Numbered from the stretch's first letter, positions 23,779 through 33,365 are shown. The stretch is DNA of 64,000 nucleotides from Escherichia coli (GCF_003018115.1 NZ_CP027457.1), one strand, 5' to 3'. Notes: a model not told the origin generated them from the sequence alone. Made by a program: numbers and translations.

Positions 23779-24082
23779 CTAAATTTAATTTATGTTCAAG
23801 TTCGGCTATTTGCATACGTAGTGCTTTAACCATTGTTTCATGATAAATCTCACTCACTCCACCTGGGTGTGGGGTGAATTTAGGTGAATAATCTTTGTTT
23901 TCAGAACTCAGCTTCTCTTCGTACAGCTTGATAAAGGCATTACGCACATTATGGGATATATTGTCGATGGTTTCTTTTTCTACGGTACTCAGGTCAAGAG
24001 TCGCCAGTTGAGAACGAACTATATTCGCTGCCATATCCTGGAATGGTACTGGTAAATCTTTAAATTCCATCGTCAACCTCAT
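23702..24082 (-). CDS. hypothetical phage protein
   Basis: 126-aa ORF; 3' end overlaps the convergent plus-strand ORF. Confidence 0.4.
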   Translation of the reverse strand: MRLTMEFKDLPVPFQDMAANIVRSQLATLDLSTVEKETIDNISHNVRNAFIKLYEEKLSSENKDYSPKFTPHPGGVSEIYHETMVKALRMQIAELEHKLNLVSKCQNQHKAKGLHFHHKGKQKCEH

Positions 24083-24390
24083 CAGTCAGTGTTTCTGGCT
24101 AACCAGCGATGCGCGCCAGCTTCAGTTTTAAACGTTTTGCTTCTGGTATACGTCATCGCGGTAAACGTGCCGTCCTGGTTAGGGAACACACCGCATACCA
24201 GAGATTCGTTGTTGCCAAGATTGAGTGTATCCATGTTGACCTCATTTGCCCTTAACGCCGGGTAGCGGAACTGTTTGCTGAGAACACCGTGCGGTGTCTT
24301 GATGGATTGTAATTTAGTTTTCTCATGGTGCTTGGTCAAGTGTTTTTGATGAGAAAACTCAACATTTAATGCAAAACAAAGCCAATACAT
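24082..24390 (-). CDS. hypothetical phage protein immediately downstream of the repressor
   Basis: 102-aa ORF co-oriented with the repressor. Confidence 0.4.
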   Translation of the reverse strand: MYWLCFALNVEFSHQKHLTKHHEKTKLQSIKTPHGVLSKQFRYPALRANEVNMDTLNLGNNESLVCGVFPNQDGTFTAMTYTRSKTFKTEAGAHRWLARNTD

Positions 24391-24423
24391 TGAAATGTAA
24401 GGCTTTAAATTTTGTGAAGGGGG

Positions 24424-24831
24424 TTATTGATGTTTGTTACGTTTGCGAGCTTCTAGTAGCTCGGTGAATAGGCGATTAAAATTCTCAACGCGGGCACGGA
24501 GTTCGCTGATCTGTGCTTGCTGCTCTGATTTTGGAAGTGCGCGATACAATCGCAACATCTCCGACTCATCTTCCGATAAGTCTAAGGCGCTGTTGAGTGC
24601 AACTGGTGGATCTGGTGTTTTATCCTCGTCACCAAACAGTATCCAAGTTGGTGAACATTGCAATACCTCAGCCAGGCGATGCAAATTTTGCCCGCGCGGG
24701 GCTGTATGGTCGCTTTCCCATAGTGAAATTGATGAGCCAGATACACCAGCAGCTTTGCTTAAATCGTTTTGACTTAAACCAACCTGTTTGCGTCTTTCTC
24801 TAATTCGTTGACCTAAAGTTTTCTCGTTCAT
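24424..24831 (-). CDS. phage repressor, XRE-family HTH (RacR/DicA-like; no S24 peptidase domain)
   Basis: N-terminal HTH LGQRIRERRKQVGLSQNDLSKAAGVSGSSISLWE; divergent from the Cro-like gene. Confidence 0.85.
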   Translation of the reverse strand: MNEKTLGQRIRERRKQVGLSQNDLSKAAGVSGSSISLWESDHTAPRGQNLHRLAEVLQCSPTWILFGDEDKTPDPPVALNSALDLSEDESEMLRLYRALPKSEQQAQISELRARVENFNRLFTELLEARKRNKHQ

Positions 24832-24908
24832 ATTTAGATATCTTAATAACCCTTGACTTGAGATTCCTTGAGTGATTACTATTGAGAAAACTCAAGCCTG
24901 GAGGGGTG
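24832..24908. promoter_or_regulatory. divergent immunity promoter/operator region
   Basis: Repeated CTTGAG half-sites and palindrome ttgagaaaactcaa between divergent repressor and Cro-like genes; TTGACT -35-like hexamer. Confidence 0.4.
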
Positions 24909-25136
24909 ATGTTTAAATCAGACGTAATTAATTTTTATGGGACGAAAGCCAAAGTAGCGAAAGCTGCTGGTGTTGATCCATCTGCTGTTTCTCAATGGGG
25001 GAAACTGGTCCCTGAAGGTCGCGCGATGCGCCTGCAAGAGGCATCCGGCGGGGAGCTTCAGTATGACCCCAAAGTTTATGACGAATATCGTAAGACGAAG
25101 CGGGCGGGGCGGTTGAACAATGAAAATCACCCTTGA
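24909..25136 (+). CDS. Cro-like / YdaS-family DNA-binding protein
   Basis: 75 aa from ATG with a GGAGGGG Shine-Dalgarno; HTH GTKAKVAKAAGVDPSAVSQW. Confidence 0.75.
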   Translation: MFKSDVINFYGTKAKVAKAAGVDPSAVSQWGKLVPEGRAMRLQEASGGELQYDPKVYDEYRKTKRAGRLNNENHP

Positions 25137-25641
25137 GCAGGCACGCGATGCCCTGGATGCCTGGATAAGCCGACCAGGAATGACGCAGGAGCAGGCGACG
25201 ATATTAATTACTGAAGCCTTCTGGGCTCTACAGGAACGCCCGAACATCGATGTTCAGCGTGTCACGCTTGATGATGGCGGGGTTGATCAGCGTGCGCTTG
25301 GCGTTAACCGGGTGAAGATATTCGAACGCTGGAAGGCTATCGACACCAGGGATAAGCGTGAAAAATTCACGGCGCTGATTCCGGCAATTATGGAGGCTAT
25401 CCGGATTAGTGATTTCAGGTTGTACCGCGAAATTACTGACGGAAAAAGCATTACGTACATGATTGCCGGGTTAAACAAAGAATATGGCGATGTGGTGGAG
25501 TCCGGGCTGCTTTTTGCAGATCCAGCTGTTGTGGAACGTGAGACAGACGAGCTTATAGAAAAAGCAATCGCTTTCAAGCGTGCCTATCGTCACCAGTACC
25601 AACAAAAAGCCGGATGGAATTATGAGCCTTCTTTTTGCTGA
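25120..25641 (+). CDS. YdaT-like / CII-like phage regulatory protein
   Basis: 173-aa ORF overlapping the Cro-like gene; position matches ydaT in Rac-type immunity regions. Confidence 0.65.
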   Translation: MKITLEQARDALDAWISRPGMTQEQATILITEAFWALQERPNIDVQRVTLDDGGVDQRALGVNRVKIFERWKAIDTRDKREKFTALIPAIMEAIRISDFRLYREITDGKSITYMIAGLNKEYGDVVESGLLFADPAVVERETDELIEKAIAFKRAYRHQYQQKAGWNYEPSFC

Positions 25642-26599
25642 ACGCCCGCTGGTTATAAACACACAGCTGGCGATGAAGATTGGTTTAAACGAAGCCATTG
25701 TGTTGCAGCAACTGCATTACTGGTTGAGGGATACCAGTTCCGGCATGGAATGTGATGGCGTTCGCTGGATTTACAACACAACGGAACAATGGCTGGAACA
25801 GTTTCCGTTCTGGTCAGAGTCAACGTTAAAGCGTGCGTTTGCAAGTCTGAAAGCGCTGGGGCTTTTGCGTAGCGAAAAGCTCAATAAATCGAAGCGTGAT
25901 ATGACTAATTTTTACACAATTAACTACGATAGCGCGCTTTTAGATGATGGCAAAGTGAACGAATCCATCGGGTCAAAATGCGCCACTCCATCAGGTCAAA
26001 ATGACACGATGGAAGAGGTCAAAATGAAACGTTCCATTGGTTCAAAACGGCCCAATGTCATCAGGTCAAAATGGCCCGATGATCCTACAGAGAATACAAC
26101 AGAGAATACAACAGAGAATACAACAGAGAATAAAAAACTCTCTTGTCCGGACGCTTCGCAACCGGACGAGTTGACGGCTGAACAGGCGTTTTTAACCCGC
26201 CATCCTGATGCTGTTGTGTTCAGCGTGAAAAAACGCCAGTGGGGAACCCGGGAGGATTTGACATGTGCGCAGTGGATCTGGGGGCGGGTTGTAAACCTGT
26301 ACGAACAGGCTGCCAGTGACGATGGTGAGATCACGCGACCGAAAGAGCCCAACTGGACGGCGTGGGCCAATGACGTGCGCACAATGCGGATGCTGGATGG
26401 AAGAAGTCACAGACAAATTTGCGAAATGTTCAGCCGGGCACAACGGGATCCGTTCTGGATAAAAAACATCAAGAGCCCGGAAAAACTCCGTGAGAAATGG
26501 GATGAACTGGTTATTCGACTGTGGCGTGGTCCCGCGCAGCGTTGCGTGAATCATATTTCTGAACCGGATACCGAAATTCCGCCGGGTTTCAGGGGGTAG
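25622..26599 (+). CDS. replication initiation protein (lambda O-like, replisome organiser)
   Basis: Position upstream of the DnaC-like loader; contains an internal iteron array and a TENTTENTTENTTEN linker encoded by it. Confidence 0.75.
   Translation: MSLLFAERPLVINTQLAMKIGLNEAIVLQQLHYWLRDTSSGMECDGVRWIYNTTEQWLEQFPFWSESTLKRAFASLKALGLLRSEKLNKSKRDMTNFYTINYDSALLDDGKVNESIGSKCATPSGQNDTMEEVKMKRSIGSKRPNVIRSKWPDDPTENTTENTTENTTENKKLSCPDASQPDELTAEQAFLTRHPDAVVFSVKKRQWGTREDLTCAQWIWGRVVNLYEQAASDDGEITRPKEPNWTAWANDVRTMRMLDGRSHRQICEMFSRAQRDPFWIKNIKSPEKLREKWDELVIRLWRGPAQRCVNHISEPDTEIPPGFRG
25965..26133. repeat. iteron cluster / candidate replication origin inside the O-like gene
   Basis: Five copies of (A/G)GGTCAAAATG-like motif at ~25-30 bp spacing, then four tandem 12-bp acagagaataca units. 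Confidence 0.55.
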
Positions 26600-26605
26600 C
26601 GCATC

Positions 26606-27346
26606 ATGAAAAACATTACGTCAGGTGGTGTTCTGGCAAGAGTCAGCAGATTTGTGCCGCAGGATGCAATCCCTCCGTACCGTACGGTGACGGAGTGGCG
26701 GGAATGGCAGCTTGCTGAAGGGCGTAAGCGAAGCGAGGAGGTTAATCGTCTGAATCATCAGACGCGGGTTGAAAAAATCATTAACCGCTCCGGTATCCAG
26801 CCGCTTCACCGGAAGTGTACGTTCGGTAACTACCGGGTGCAGAACGATGGTCAGCGCCATGCCCTGAGTCAGGCGAAATCCATTGCGGCAGAGCTGGAAG
26901 GCGGCTGTACGAATTTTGTGTTCAGTGGCCGGCCTAGCACAGGAAAAAACCACCTGGCGGCGGCTATTGGCAACCACCTTCTGGCGAAAGGTCGCAGTGT
27001 GATTGTGATAACAGTGGCGGATGTGATGCTGGCGTTACATGGCAGCTACGACAACAAAAACTCGGGCGAAAAATTTTTGCAGGGATTGTGTGGCGTTGGC
27101 CTGCTGGTACTGGATGAAATTGGCATGCAACGGGATACGCGTAATGAGCAGGTCACGCTGAATCAGATTGTTGACCGCAGAACGGCATCGTTACTCAGTG
27201 TGGGGATGCTGACAAATCTTAACCATGCAGCGATGAATACACTTCTCGGCGAGCGGGTGATGGACCGCATGTCCATGAACGGTGGTCGCTGGGTGACGTT
27301 TAACTGGGAGAGCTGGCGTCCGAACGTCAGCCAGCACAGGAACTGA
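26606..27346 (+). CDS. DnaC-like helicase loader (IstB-like AAA+ ATPase)
   Basis: Walker [16 protein letters not shown], Walker B LLVLDEIG. Confidence 0.85.
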   Translation: MKNITSGGVLARVSRFVPQDAIPPYRTVTEWREWQLAEGRKRSEEVNRLNHQTRVEKIINRSGIQPLHRKCTFGNYRVQNDGQRHALSQAKSIAAELEGGCTNFVFSGRPSTGKNHLAAAIGNHLLAKGRSVIVITVADVMLALHGSYDNKNSGEKFLQGLCGVGLLVLDEIGMQRDTRNEQVTLNQIVDRRTASLLSVGMLTNLNHAAMNTLLGERVMDRMSMNGGRWVTFNWESWRPNVSQHRN

Positions 27347-27375
27347 GAAGTAATTTTTATCCGGAGGAAGTTTTA

Positions 27376-28137
27376 ATGGAAACCGTATTGCATGCACTGA
27401 AAGCGATGGGTAAAGCCAATTCTGTTGAACTGGCGGCGCGGCTTGATATCAGCCGTGAAGAAGTTCTCAACGAACTGTGGGAACTCAAAAAAAATGGCGT
27501 TGTTGATAAAACGGGTCACACCTGGTTTCTGGCTGGTGAAGGTGAATCCGGGGTAACCGAAGAACAGCCAGCACAGTCTGAAGTACCGGATGTGCTGACC
27601 GGGGAGGTCGAACAAAAAGTTACCGCGGACATGATGATTGAGTTTATCTGTCAGGATGGGGCTAAAACGTGTGAGGAACTGGCGGATAAGTTCGGTGTTA
27701 GCATTCGCAAGGTTGCTTCCACGTTGGCGGTCGTAACAGCAACGGGGCGCCTGGCACGCGTAAATCAGAACGGTAAATTTCGTTACTGCATACCGGGCGC
27801 TGATTTACCGGCAGAGCCGGAAGCTGCATCCGTAGCGGAAACCGATGGTAAAGCCTTTCCTCAGCCAGCAGGTGTTGCGTTACCAGTCCAGGAAACGACG
27901 ACACAGGAAGAAATGAAAACAGAAATCGTGGAAGACATTGTGAAGTTACAGCCATCGGTCACCGAAACGAAAGCAGATGACCTGATTCTACCATCGCTGC
28001 ATGTGGCTAACCGCGAGCTGCGCCGGGTAAAAGGTCAGGTTCAGAAGTGGGAGCGAGTCTGCGCCGCGCTGCGGGAGCTGAACAAGTGCCGGGATATTCT
28101 CCGGGATATTACCGCCACCAGAGAACAGCTGCGGTGA
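27376..28137 (+). CDS. hypothetical phage protein with N-terminal winged-helix-like region
   Basis: 253-aa ORF; N-terminus [25 protein letters not shown]; acidic middle. Confidence 0.55.
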   Translation: METVLHALKAMGKANSVELAARLDISREEVLNELWELKKNGVVDKTGHTWFLAGEGESGVTEEQPAQSEVPDVLTGEVEQKVTADMMIEFICQDGAKTCEELADKFGVSIRKVASTLAVVTATGRLARVNQNGKFRYCIPGADLPAEPEAASVAETDGKAFPQPAGVALPVQETTTQEEMKTEIVEDIVKLQPSVTETKADDLILPSLHVANRELRRVKGQVQKWERVCAALRELNKCRDILRDITATREQLR

Positions 28138-28382
28138 GTGGGTGGAAGACGTGGTGCCGGGCTGAAATTCTGATACTCCGGCAGTGCGCGGGAACGATGA
28201 CTGTCGAAAGTATCGGCAGTCTGATTGGTCGTAGCGAGGCAGCGGTCAGAGCGAAAGCCCGGGATAAGGGAATAAGCCTGATGCTGCAGGGTGATTTTCG
28301 CCTGTCAGCCAAATTACCGTATAAAGCGATGGACTGCCTGAAGCGAAACGGACTGATTGGCGCTGAGGATAGTTTACGATGA
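28134..28382 (+). CDS. hypothetical phage protein (translationally coupled, GTGA overlap)
   Basis: GTG start overlaps the upstream stop; start choice uncertain (alternative ATG at 28197). Confidence 0.35.
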   Translation: MSGWKTWCRAEILILRQCAGTMTVESIGSLIGRSEAAVRAKARDKGISLMLQGDFRLSAKLPYKAMDCLKRNGLIGAEDSLR

Positions 28383-28544
28383 CCAGGCCTGAGGCATTCG
28401 TAACGGTAGGAGTTGCAATGGCGGTAGCGCTGGTGGTTTATTCGATTTGCCGCTGGGGTTGACGTAATTACTAATCCGGGGCTATATTCACCGCACGGTC
28501 GAGTTGACCGTCGGGATTGAGACCCCGGATATTCAACCGCGACA

Positions 28545-28575
28545 GACACACGCCGCGAGCGTGTTTTTTATTGTC
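28545..28575 (+). terminator. intrinsic terminator
   Basis: Hairpin acacgccgcgagcgtgt followed by ttttttatt. Confidence 0.5.
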
Positions 28576-28733
28576 GTATGCGCACGCACATCTGAATTAT
28601 GGTGAGGCGTATGGGGCAGCCGAAAGGCTGGCCGGTTGGTTGATCCGGTAGTCTCAACCCTGTACGTCTCGCCACCTGATGATTGAGACCTGAAGGTGGT
28701 GATAGTTAAATTCATCAACCAGAGGGCGTTATC

Positions 28734-29285
28734 ATGACGACTCAAGTTACTGTCAAAAACCTTTCCCCTGTCACTTATAACCAGATTCCTGTAATCACAA
28801 CTGAGTTACTCGCCCGCCTTTACGGAACAGAAGCAATCCGTATACAGCAGAATCACCATGAAAATAAATCTCGATTTATTGAGGGAAAACACTTCTTTAA
28901 AGCTGTTGGTGATGAGCTCAAAAATTTGCGACTAGTTTTAAACGAGTCGCAAAATGAGGTGAAAATTTCTCCCAAAACCCGCACTCTCATCCTCTGGACA
29001 GAACGCGGAGCAGCCCGTCATGCAAAAATGCTCGAAACCGATCAGGCGTGGGAAGTATTCGAAAAACTCGAAGACAGTTACTTCAACCAGTACGAGAAAG
29101 AGCGGGCTATGGGAAAAATGAATATCGATTTTCATCTGGCGATCCGTGACGATAAAACCGCCTTCATCCGAAGTTATGCGCCTGGCCAGCTGGTGACGGT
29201 TGAAGAAGCCCTGGCTTTGCTTAAATCGCGCGGATGGCTGGTAATGCCACGAGATGAACTGGCCGGAAAATTAATGGAGCTTTAA
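28734..29285 (+). CDS. phage protein, ORF6N-type (Rha/antirepressor-like) domain
   Basis: 183 aa; motif LILWTERGAARHAKMLETDQAWEVFEKLEDSYF recalled as typical of ORF6N-domain proteins. Confidence 0.65.
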   Translation: MTTQVTVKNLSPVTYNQIPVITTELLARLYGTEAIRIQQNHHENKSRFIEGKHFFKAVGDELKNLRLVLNESQNEVKISPKTRTLILWTERGAARHAKMLETDQAWEVFEKLEDSYFNQYEKERAMGKMNIDFHLAIRDDKTAFIRSYAPGQLVTVEEALALLKSRGWLVMPRDELAGKLMEL

Positions 29286-29556
29286 CCGATTGAGTTAACC
29301 TTGATATGGGAATTCCCATATCGGGAGAACATTACCATCGGGGATAAAATGATTTGCGGGGAAAGAAGAGTTAAGTAGAATTGCTGCGGGTGCTTGAGGC
29401 TGTCTGCCTCGGGCATGCCGCCGTAAGGCAGACAGAGAAAAGCCCCAGTTAACATTACGCGTCTTGCAGGACGCTTAACATTAATCTGAGGCCAATTTCA
29501 TGCTTTGCACATGTAGGTTAGCCTCTTACGTGCCGAAAGGCAAGGAGAAGCAGGCT

Positions 29557-29712
29557 ATGAAGCAGCAAAAGGCGATGTTAATCGCCCTGATTGTCATCTG
29601 TTTAACCGTCATAGTGACGGCACTGGTAACGAGGAAAGACCTCTGCGAGGTACGAATCCGAACCGGCCAGACGGAGGTCGCTGTCTTCACAGCTTACGAA
29701 CCTGAGGAGTAA
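29557..29712 (+). CDS. hokD: Hok/Gef family type I toxin (HokD/RelF-like)
   Basis: 51-aa product MKQQKAMLIALIVICLTVIVTALVTRKDLCEVRIRTGQTEVAVFTAYEPEE; strong AAGGAG Shine-Dalgarno; the same frame is open 19 codons upstream (Mok-like leader). Confidence 0.88.
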   Translation: MKQQKAMLIALIVICLTVIVTALVTRKDLCEVRIRTGQTEVAVFTAYEPEE

Positions 29713-29814
29713 GAGACCTGGCGAGGGAGAAATCCCTCGCCACCTCTGATGTGTCAGGCATCCTCAACGCACCCGCACTTAACCTGCTTCGGCGGGTTTT
29801 GTTGTATTAGAATA

Positions 29815-30132
29815 TCAGGATATTACCTGGATCCCGTTTTTCTCGACAACTGAAAGAAGCCGAAGAGCTGCACCTCCCGGGCGTTTCACTCCTCGTTCCC
29901 AGTCTGATATCAGGTTTTTACTGACGTTGAGGTATCTGGCAAAAACAGGTTGAGACAGATGCTCTCGTTCTCGCAGTGCACGGATCCTTTCTGGAGACAT
30001 TACCGGCGCAGGCTGAAGACAAGTTTCATCGAATTCGCGCATAGTTTGTTTTGTGATTGCACCGATATCATGGAGTGACTCCATCATTTCATGTACAGAT
30101 GCAAGTGCATCACTGCGGTAATTTTTACTCAT
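29815..30132 (-). CDS. HigA-like antitoxin (XRE-family HTH)
   Basis: 105 aa, HTH LSQPVFARYLNVSKNLISDWERG; 8-nt overlap with the upstream toxin gene (toxin-first arrangement). Confidence 0.8.
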   Translation of the reverse strand: MSKNYRSDALASVHEMMESLHDIGAITKQTMREFDETCLQPAPVMSPERIRALREREHLSQPVFARYLNVSKNLISDWERGVKRPGGAALRLLSVVEKNGIQVIS

Positions 30133-30497
30133 TGGGTACCTCCGTGAACTGGCCTTGTTGAATCAATTGTGCCAGCTGTTCATCAGTAAGATTGAGGACA
30201 TGGGGAGCGGCTTTTCGAAAAGCATTTTCCTCTATAGCAGTGATATTCTCTCGTTCATTCTTTGCGTATGCGTAGATGAAAAAGGCTTTTTCTGCAACGC
30301 GGTAAAAAATTATTGTCCGGTAACCGCCTGATTTTCCGCCACCACTTCGGGCTAATCTTTGTTTAATGACACCACTACCCAAATTTGCGGATATGATCCC
30401 CCTTATCGGCCTGCTCCACGATTTTGCGTAGCGATTTATCGGAAATCCGATGTTTTCGGGCGAAACGTTCAAACCAGGCGTTTTTGAAAATTCGCAT
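30125..30497 (-). pseudogene. HigB-like RelE/ParE-superfamily toxin, disrupted by a 1-nt frameshift in a homopolymer
   Basis: Canonical N-terminus MRIFKNAWFERFARKHRISDKSLRKIVEQADKG is in one frame and stops after 40 codons; the conserved core ANLGSGVIKQRLARSGGGKSGGYRTIIFYR... is in the +1 frame; frames switch at a C5 run (plus 30398-30402). Confidence 0.6.
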
Positions 30498-30720
30498 ACC
30501 TGCCTCTGCATTTTATATAACACATAGTGTTACACCATGTGGACTATGGAGGCAATCTTTATTTGAGAATGCTTGCTGATTTATCGGTGTTCAAAAAACA
30601 GACGTAATTCAGATTGTATAAACGGCAGACAGAAAAAGTCATTGTTCTTGCGCATAAAATCCTCAGATTTACTGAGTGAAATGCGTCTCTTTTCATGGTT
30701 ATAGTCCGAGAGAAGCGATA

Positions 30721-30948
30721 ATGCATTTCATTTCCTTTACGTCAGGAGGTGTTGTGAAAATCCCAGCCAGTTTGATCCCGGGGTTTTATGAGAGCATGCG
30801 CCCGGTTGTTGTTTACAGAAACAGTGATGGTTCTTTTCAATGTGGTTTTGTTATGCGAAGTAATGAGGTTGTTGTAAGCCTTTCTCTTCTTTCTGAGGTA
30901 AGAGAGTTGGCAGGATTACCTGTTGATGATATTCAGAAGCAGCTATAA
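30721..30948 (+). CDS. hypothetical phage protein (position of rem in Qin-type prophages)
   Basis: Small ORF between hokD and the DUF968 gene; start uncertain (GTG 30676, ATG 30721 or GTG 30754). Confidence 0.35.
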   Translation: MHFISFTSGGVVKIPASLIPGFYESMRPVVVYRNSDGSFQCGFVMRSNEVVVSLSLLSEVRELAGLPVDDIQKQL

Positions 30949-30983
30949 AATCAGGCTGACTTGAACCGTCGCTGAGAAACACC

Positions 30984-31271
30984 GTGCCACCGGAGATCCC
31001 GATGGCGCACGATAGCAGATTGCACAATTCTGCCGCCCTTGCCAGTAGGCAAGGGCGGTGTTCGCACGTATTTAAAACCGACTGGTTCCAGCATCCCCCA
31101 TGCACTGAAGAACAGGCCGAATGGCTGATTCAGTGCTACCGCAGACGTGGTTACGAGTTTCAGAAAGATCTCAGCTTCGATCGTCGTCACTGGATAATCT
31201 CCGTCAGGCTCCCTTATTCCGAACGCCCACCGCGTCCGTCCCGCACATTCCAGCAGCGCATCTGGAGGTAA
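30984..31271 (+). CDS. hypothetical phage protein
   Basis: 95-aa ORF ending 2 nt before the DUF968 gene start. Confidence 0.4.
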   Translation: MPPEIPMAHDSRLHNSAALASRQGRCSHVFKTDWFQHPPCTEEQAEWLIQCYRRRGYEFQKDLSFDRRHWIISVRLPYSERPPRPSRTFQQRIWR

Positions 31272-31272
31272 C

Positions 31273-32322
31273 GTGCGGGTATTACTTCGACCTGTTCTGG
31301 TACCGGAACTCGGTCTGGTTATCGTTAAGCCAGGCCGTGAATCAATGTCAGTATTCCATAACGGCAGAATATTGGTGGAGCCGGAACCGAAAAACATGCG
31401 CGGTCTGCCGTCCGGAGTCGTTCCTGCCGTTCGCCAGCCGCTGGCAGAGGATAAAACATTACTGCCATTTTTCAGCGATGAGCGGGTTATTCGTGCAGCA
31501 GGTGGTGCAGGTGCACTGTCTGACTGGTTATTACGTCACGTGAAATCCTGCCAGTGGCCACACGGCGATTATCATCACAGCGAAACCGTCATTCACCGTT
31601 ATGGTACCGGCGCGATGGTGTTGTGCTGGCACTGTGACAACCAGCTGCGCGACCAGACATCAGAATCACTCGATCAACTTGCTCAGCAGAATCTGGTTGC
31701 CTGGATGATTGATGTCATCCGTCACGCAATAAGCGGTACGCAGGAGAGGGAGTTATCGCTGGCCGAATTATCCTGGTGGGCGGCCTGCAATCAGGTGGTG
31801 GATGCACTACCTGAGGCAGTAGCGCGTCGTTCGCTGGGATTACCAGCGGAAAAAATCCGCTCCGTATACCGTGAGAGTGACATCGTACCGGGAGAACAGA
31901 CAGCCATCAGCATACTGAAGCAGCGCACAAAAAATATTGCGCTGCCACTTCACGTCCACCAGCAACAAAATCCACCACAGAAAAAAACGGTTGTCAGTAT
32001 CGCCGTTGATCCGGAGTCTCCTGAATCGTTCATGAGGCGGCCTAAACGTCGCCGTTGGGTTAATGAGAAATACACGCGCTGGGTAAAGACACAGCCGTGT
32101 GCGTGTTGTGGTAAGCCAGCTGACGATCCACATCACCTGATTGGTCATGGTCAGGGGAGAGAGGGAACAAAGGCCCACGATATTTTCACGCTACCGTTGT
32201 GCCGGGAGCACCACAACGAACTTCATGCAGACCCGCTGAAGTTTGAGAAAAAGTACGGCTCTCAGATTGAGTTAATTTTTCGTTTTCTTGATCACGCCTT
32301 TGCGACTGGCGTGCTCGGGTAA
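31273..32322 (+). CDS. DUF968-family phage protein (YdfU-like) with C-terminal Cys/His metal-binding motif
   Basis: 349 aa, GTG start with GGAGGT Shine-Dalgarno; C-terminal CACCGKPADDPHHLIGHG...CREHHNELH. Confidence 0.8.
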   Translation: MRVLLRPVLVPELGLVIVKPGRESMSVFHNGRILVEPEPKNMRGLPSGVVPAVRQPLAEDKTLLPFFSDERVIRAAGGAGALSDWLLRHVKSCQWPHGDYHHSETVIHRYGTGAMVLCWHCDNQLRDQTSESLDQLAQQNLVAWMIDVIRHAISGTQERELSLAELSWWAACNQVVDALPEAVARRSLGLPAEKIRSVYRESDIVPGEQTAISILKQRTKNIALPLHVHQQQNPPQKKTVVSIAVDPESPESFMRRPKRRRWVNEKYTRWVKTQPCACCGKPADDPHHLIGHGQGREGTKAHDIFTLPLCREHHNELHADPLKFEKKYGSQIELIFRFLDHAFATGVLG

Positions 32323-32334
32323 AAGAGGTGACTG

Positions 32335-32697
32335 ATGCTCATAGATTTGGTTTTACCTTACCCGCCGACGGTGAACACTTACTGGCGACGCCGTGGCAGC
32401 ACATATTTTGTATCAAAAGCCGGGGAGCGTTATCGCCGGGCAGTGGCGCTTATTGTTCGCCAGCAGCGACTGAAATTAAGCCTGTCCGGACGGCTGGCAA
32501 TAAAAATTATTGCAGAGCCACCGGATAAGCGCCGCCGTGACCTGGACAATATTCTGAAAGCACCGCTGGATGCGCTGACGCACGCGGGGTTGTTAATGGA
32601 CGATGAGCAGTTTGATGAAATCAATATTGTACGTGGCAAGCCAGTATCTGGTGGACGGCTGGAGATAATAATTACAGAGGTGGGTGTGCATGAATAA
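32335..32697 (+). CDS. rusA: crossover junction endodeoxyribonuclease RusA (Holliday junction resolvase)
   Basis: 120 aa; PPTVNTYWRRRG...RRDLDNILKAPLDALTHAGLLMDDEQF characteristic of RusA. Confidence 0.9.
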   Translation: MLIDLVLPYPPTVNTYWRRRGSTYFVSKAGERYRRAVALIVRQQRLKLSLSGRLAIKIIAEPPDKRRRDLDNILKAPLDALTHAGLLMDDEQFDEINIVRGKPVSGGRLEIIITEVGVHE

Positions 32698-33355
32698 CCA
32701 GTATTTACAGTTTGTTCGTGAGCAACTCATGATTGCCACTGCGGATCTTAGTGGGTCGACAAAAGGCCAGCTGGAAGTCTGGCAGGAAAATGCCCTGTTC
32801 GATACAGGGCGTTACAGACGCAAAAAAATTCGTTACCGCGATGAGGTAACCGGAAAAATGATCACGCGGGATAATCCCCCGATCCCGGGTAAACAATCAC
32901 TGGCGAAAGGCTCATCAATTGCCCTGGTCAGTCCGGTTGAGTTTTCGACATCATCATGGCGACGCGCCGTTCTGTCTCTTGAAGAACATCATAAAGCCTG
33001 GCTGCTGTGGTGTTACAGCGGTAGCATTTGCTGGGAGCATCAGATCGCGATAACGCAGTGGGCGTGGACTGAATTTAATGCTCAATCCGGTACCAGAAAA
33101 ATTGCAGGAAAAACTCTGGTGCGCCTGAAGACGTTGATCTGGTTGGCGGCGCAGGCGGTAAAAGCTGAGCTTTTTGGTGGGGAAGGTTACGAATACCAGG
33201 AACTGGCGTTACTGGTGGGAGTAACAACCAAAAACTGGTCCAAGACATTTACTGGTCACTGGGTTGCAATGAAACACATTTTTCATCGGCTGGATAGTGA
33301 AGCTTTATTGTTGGTGGAGGGAACACGTTCAAAACAAAAGGCGGCATTTTCATAG
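32690..33355 (+). CDS. late-gene antitermination protein Q (phage 21/82-type)
   Basis: 221 aa from ATG with GAGGTGG Shine-Dalgarno; position after rusA, before the late promoter and lysis genes. Confidence 0.75.
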   Translation: MNNQYLQFVREQLMIATADLSGSTKGQLEVWQENALFDTGRYRRKKIRYRDEVTGKMITRDNPPIPGKQSLAKGSSIALVSPVEFSTSSWRRAVLSLEEHHKAWLLWCYSGSICWEHQIAITQWAWTEFNAQSGTRKIAGKTLVRLKTLIWLAAQAVKAELFGGEGYEYQELALLVGVTTKNWSKTFTGHWVAMKHIFHRLDSEALLLVEGTRSKQKAAFS

Positions 33356-33365
33356 CAAAGTATTG

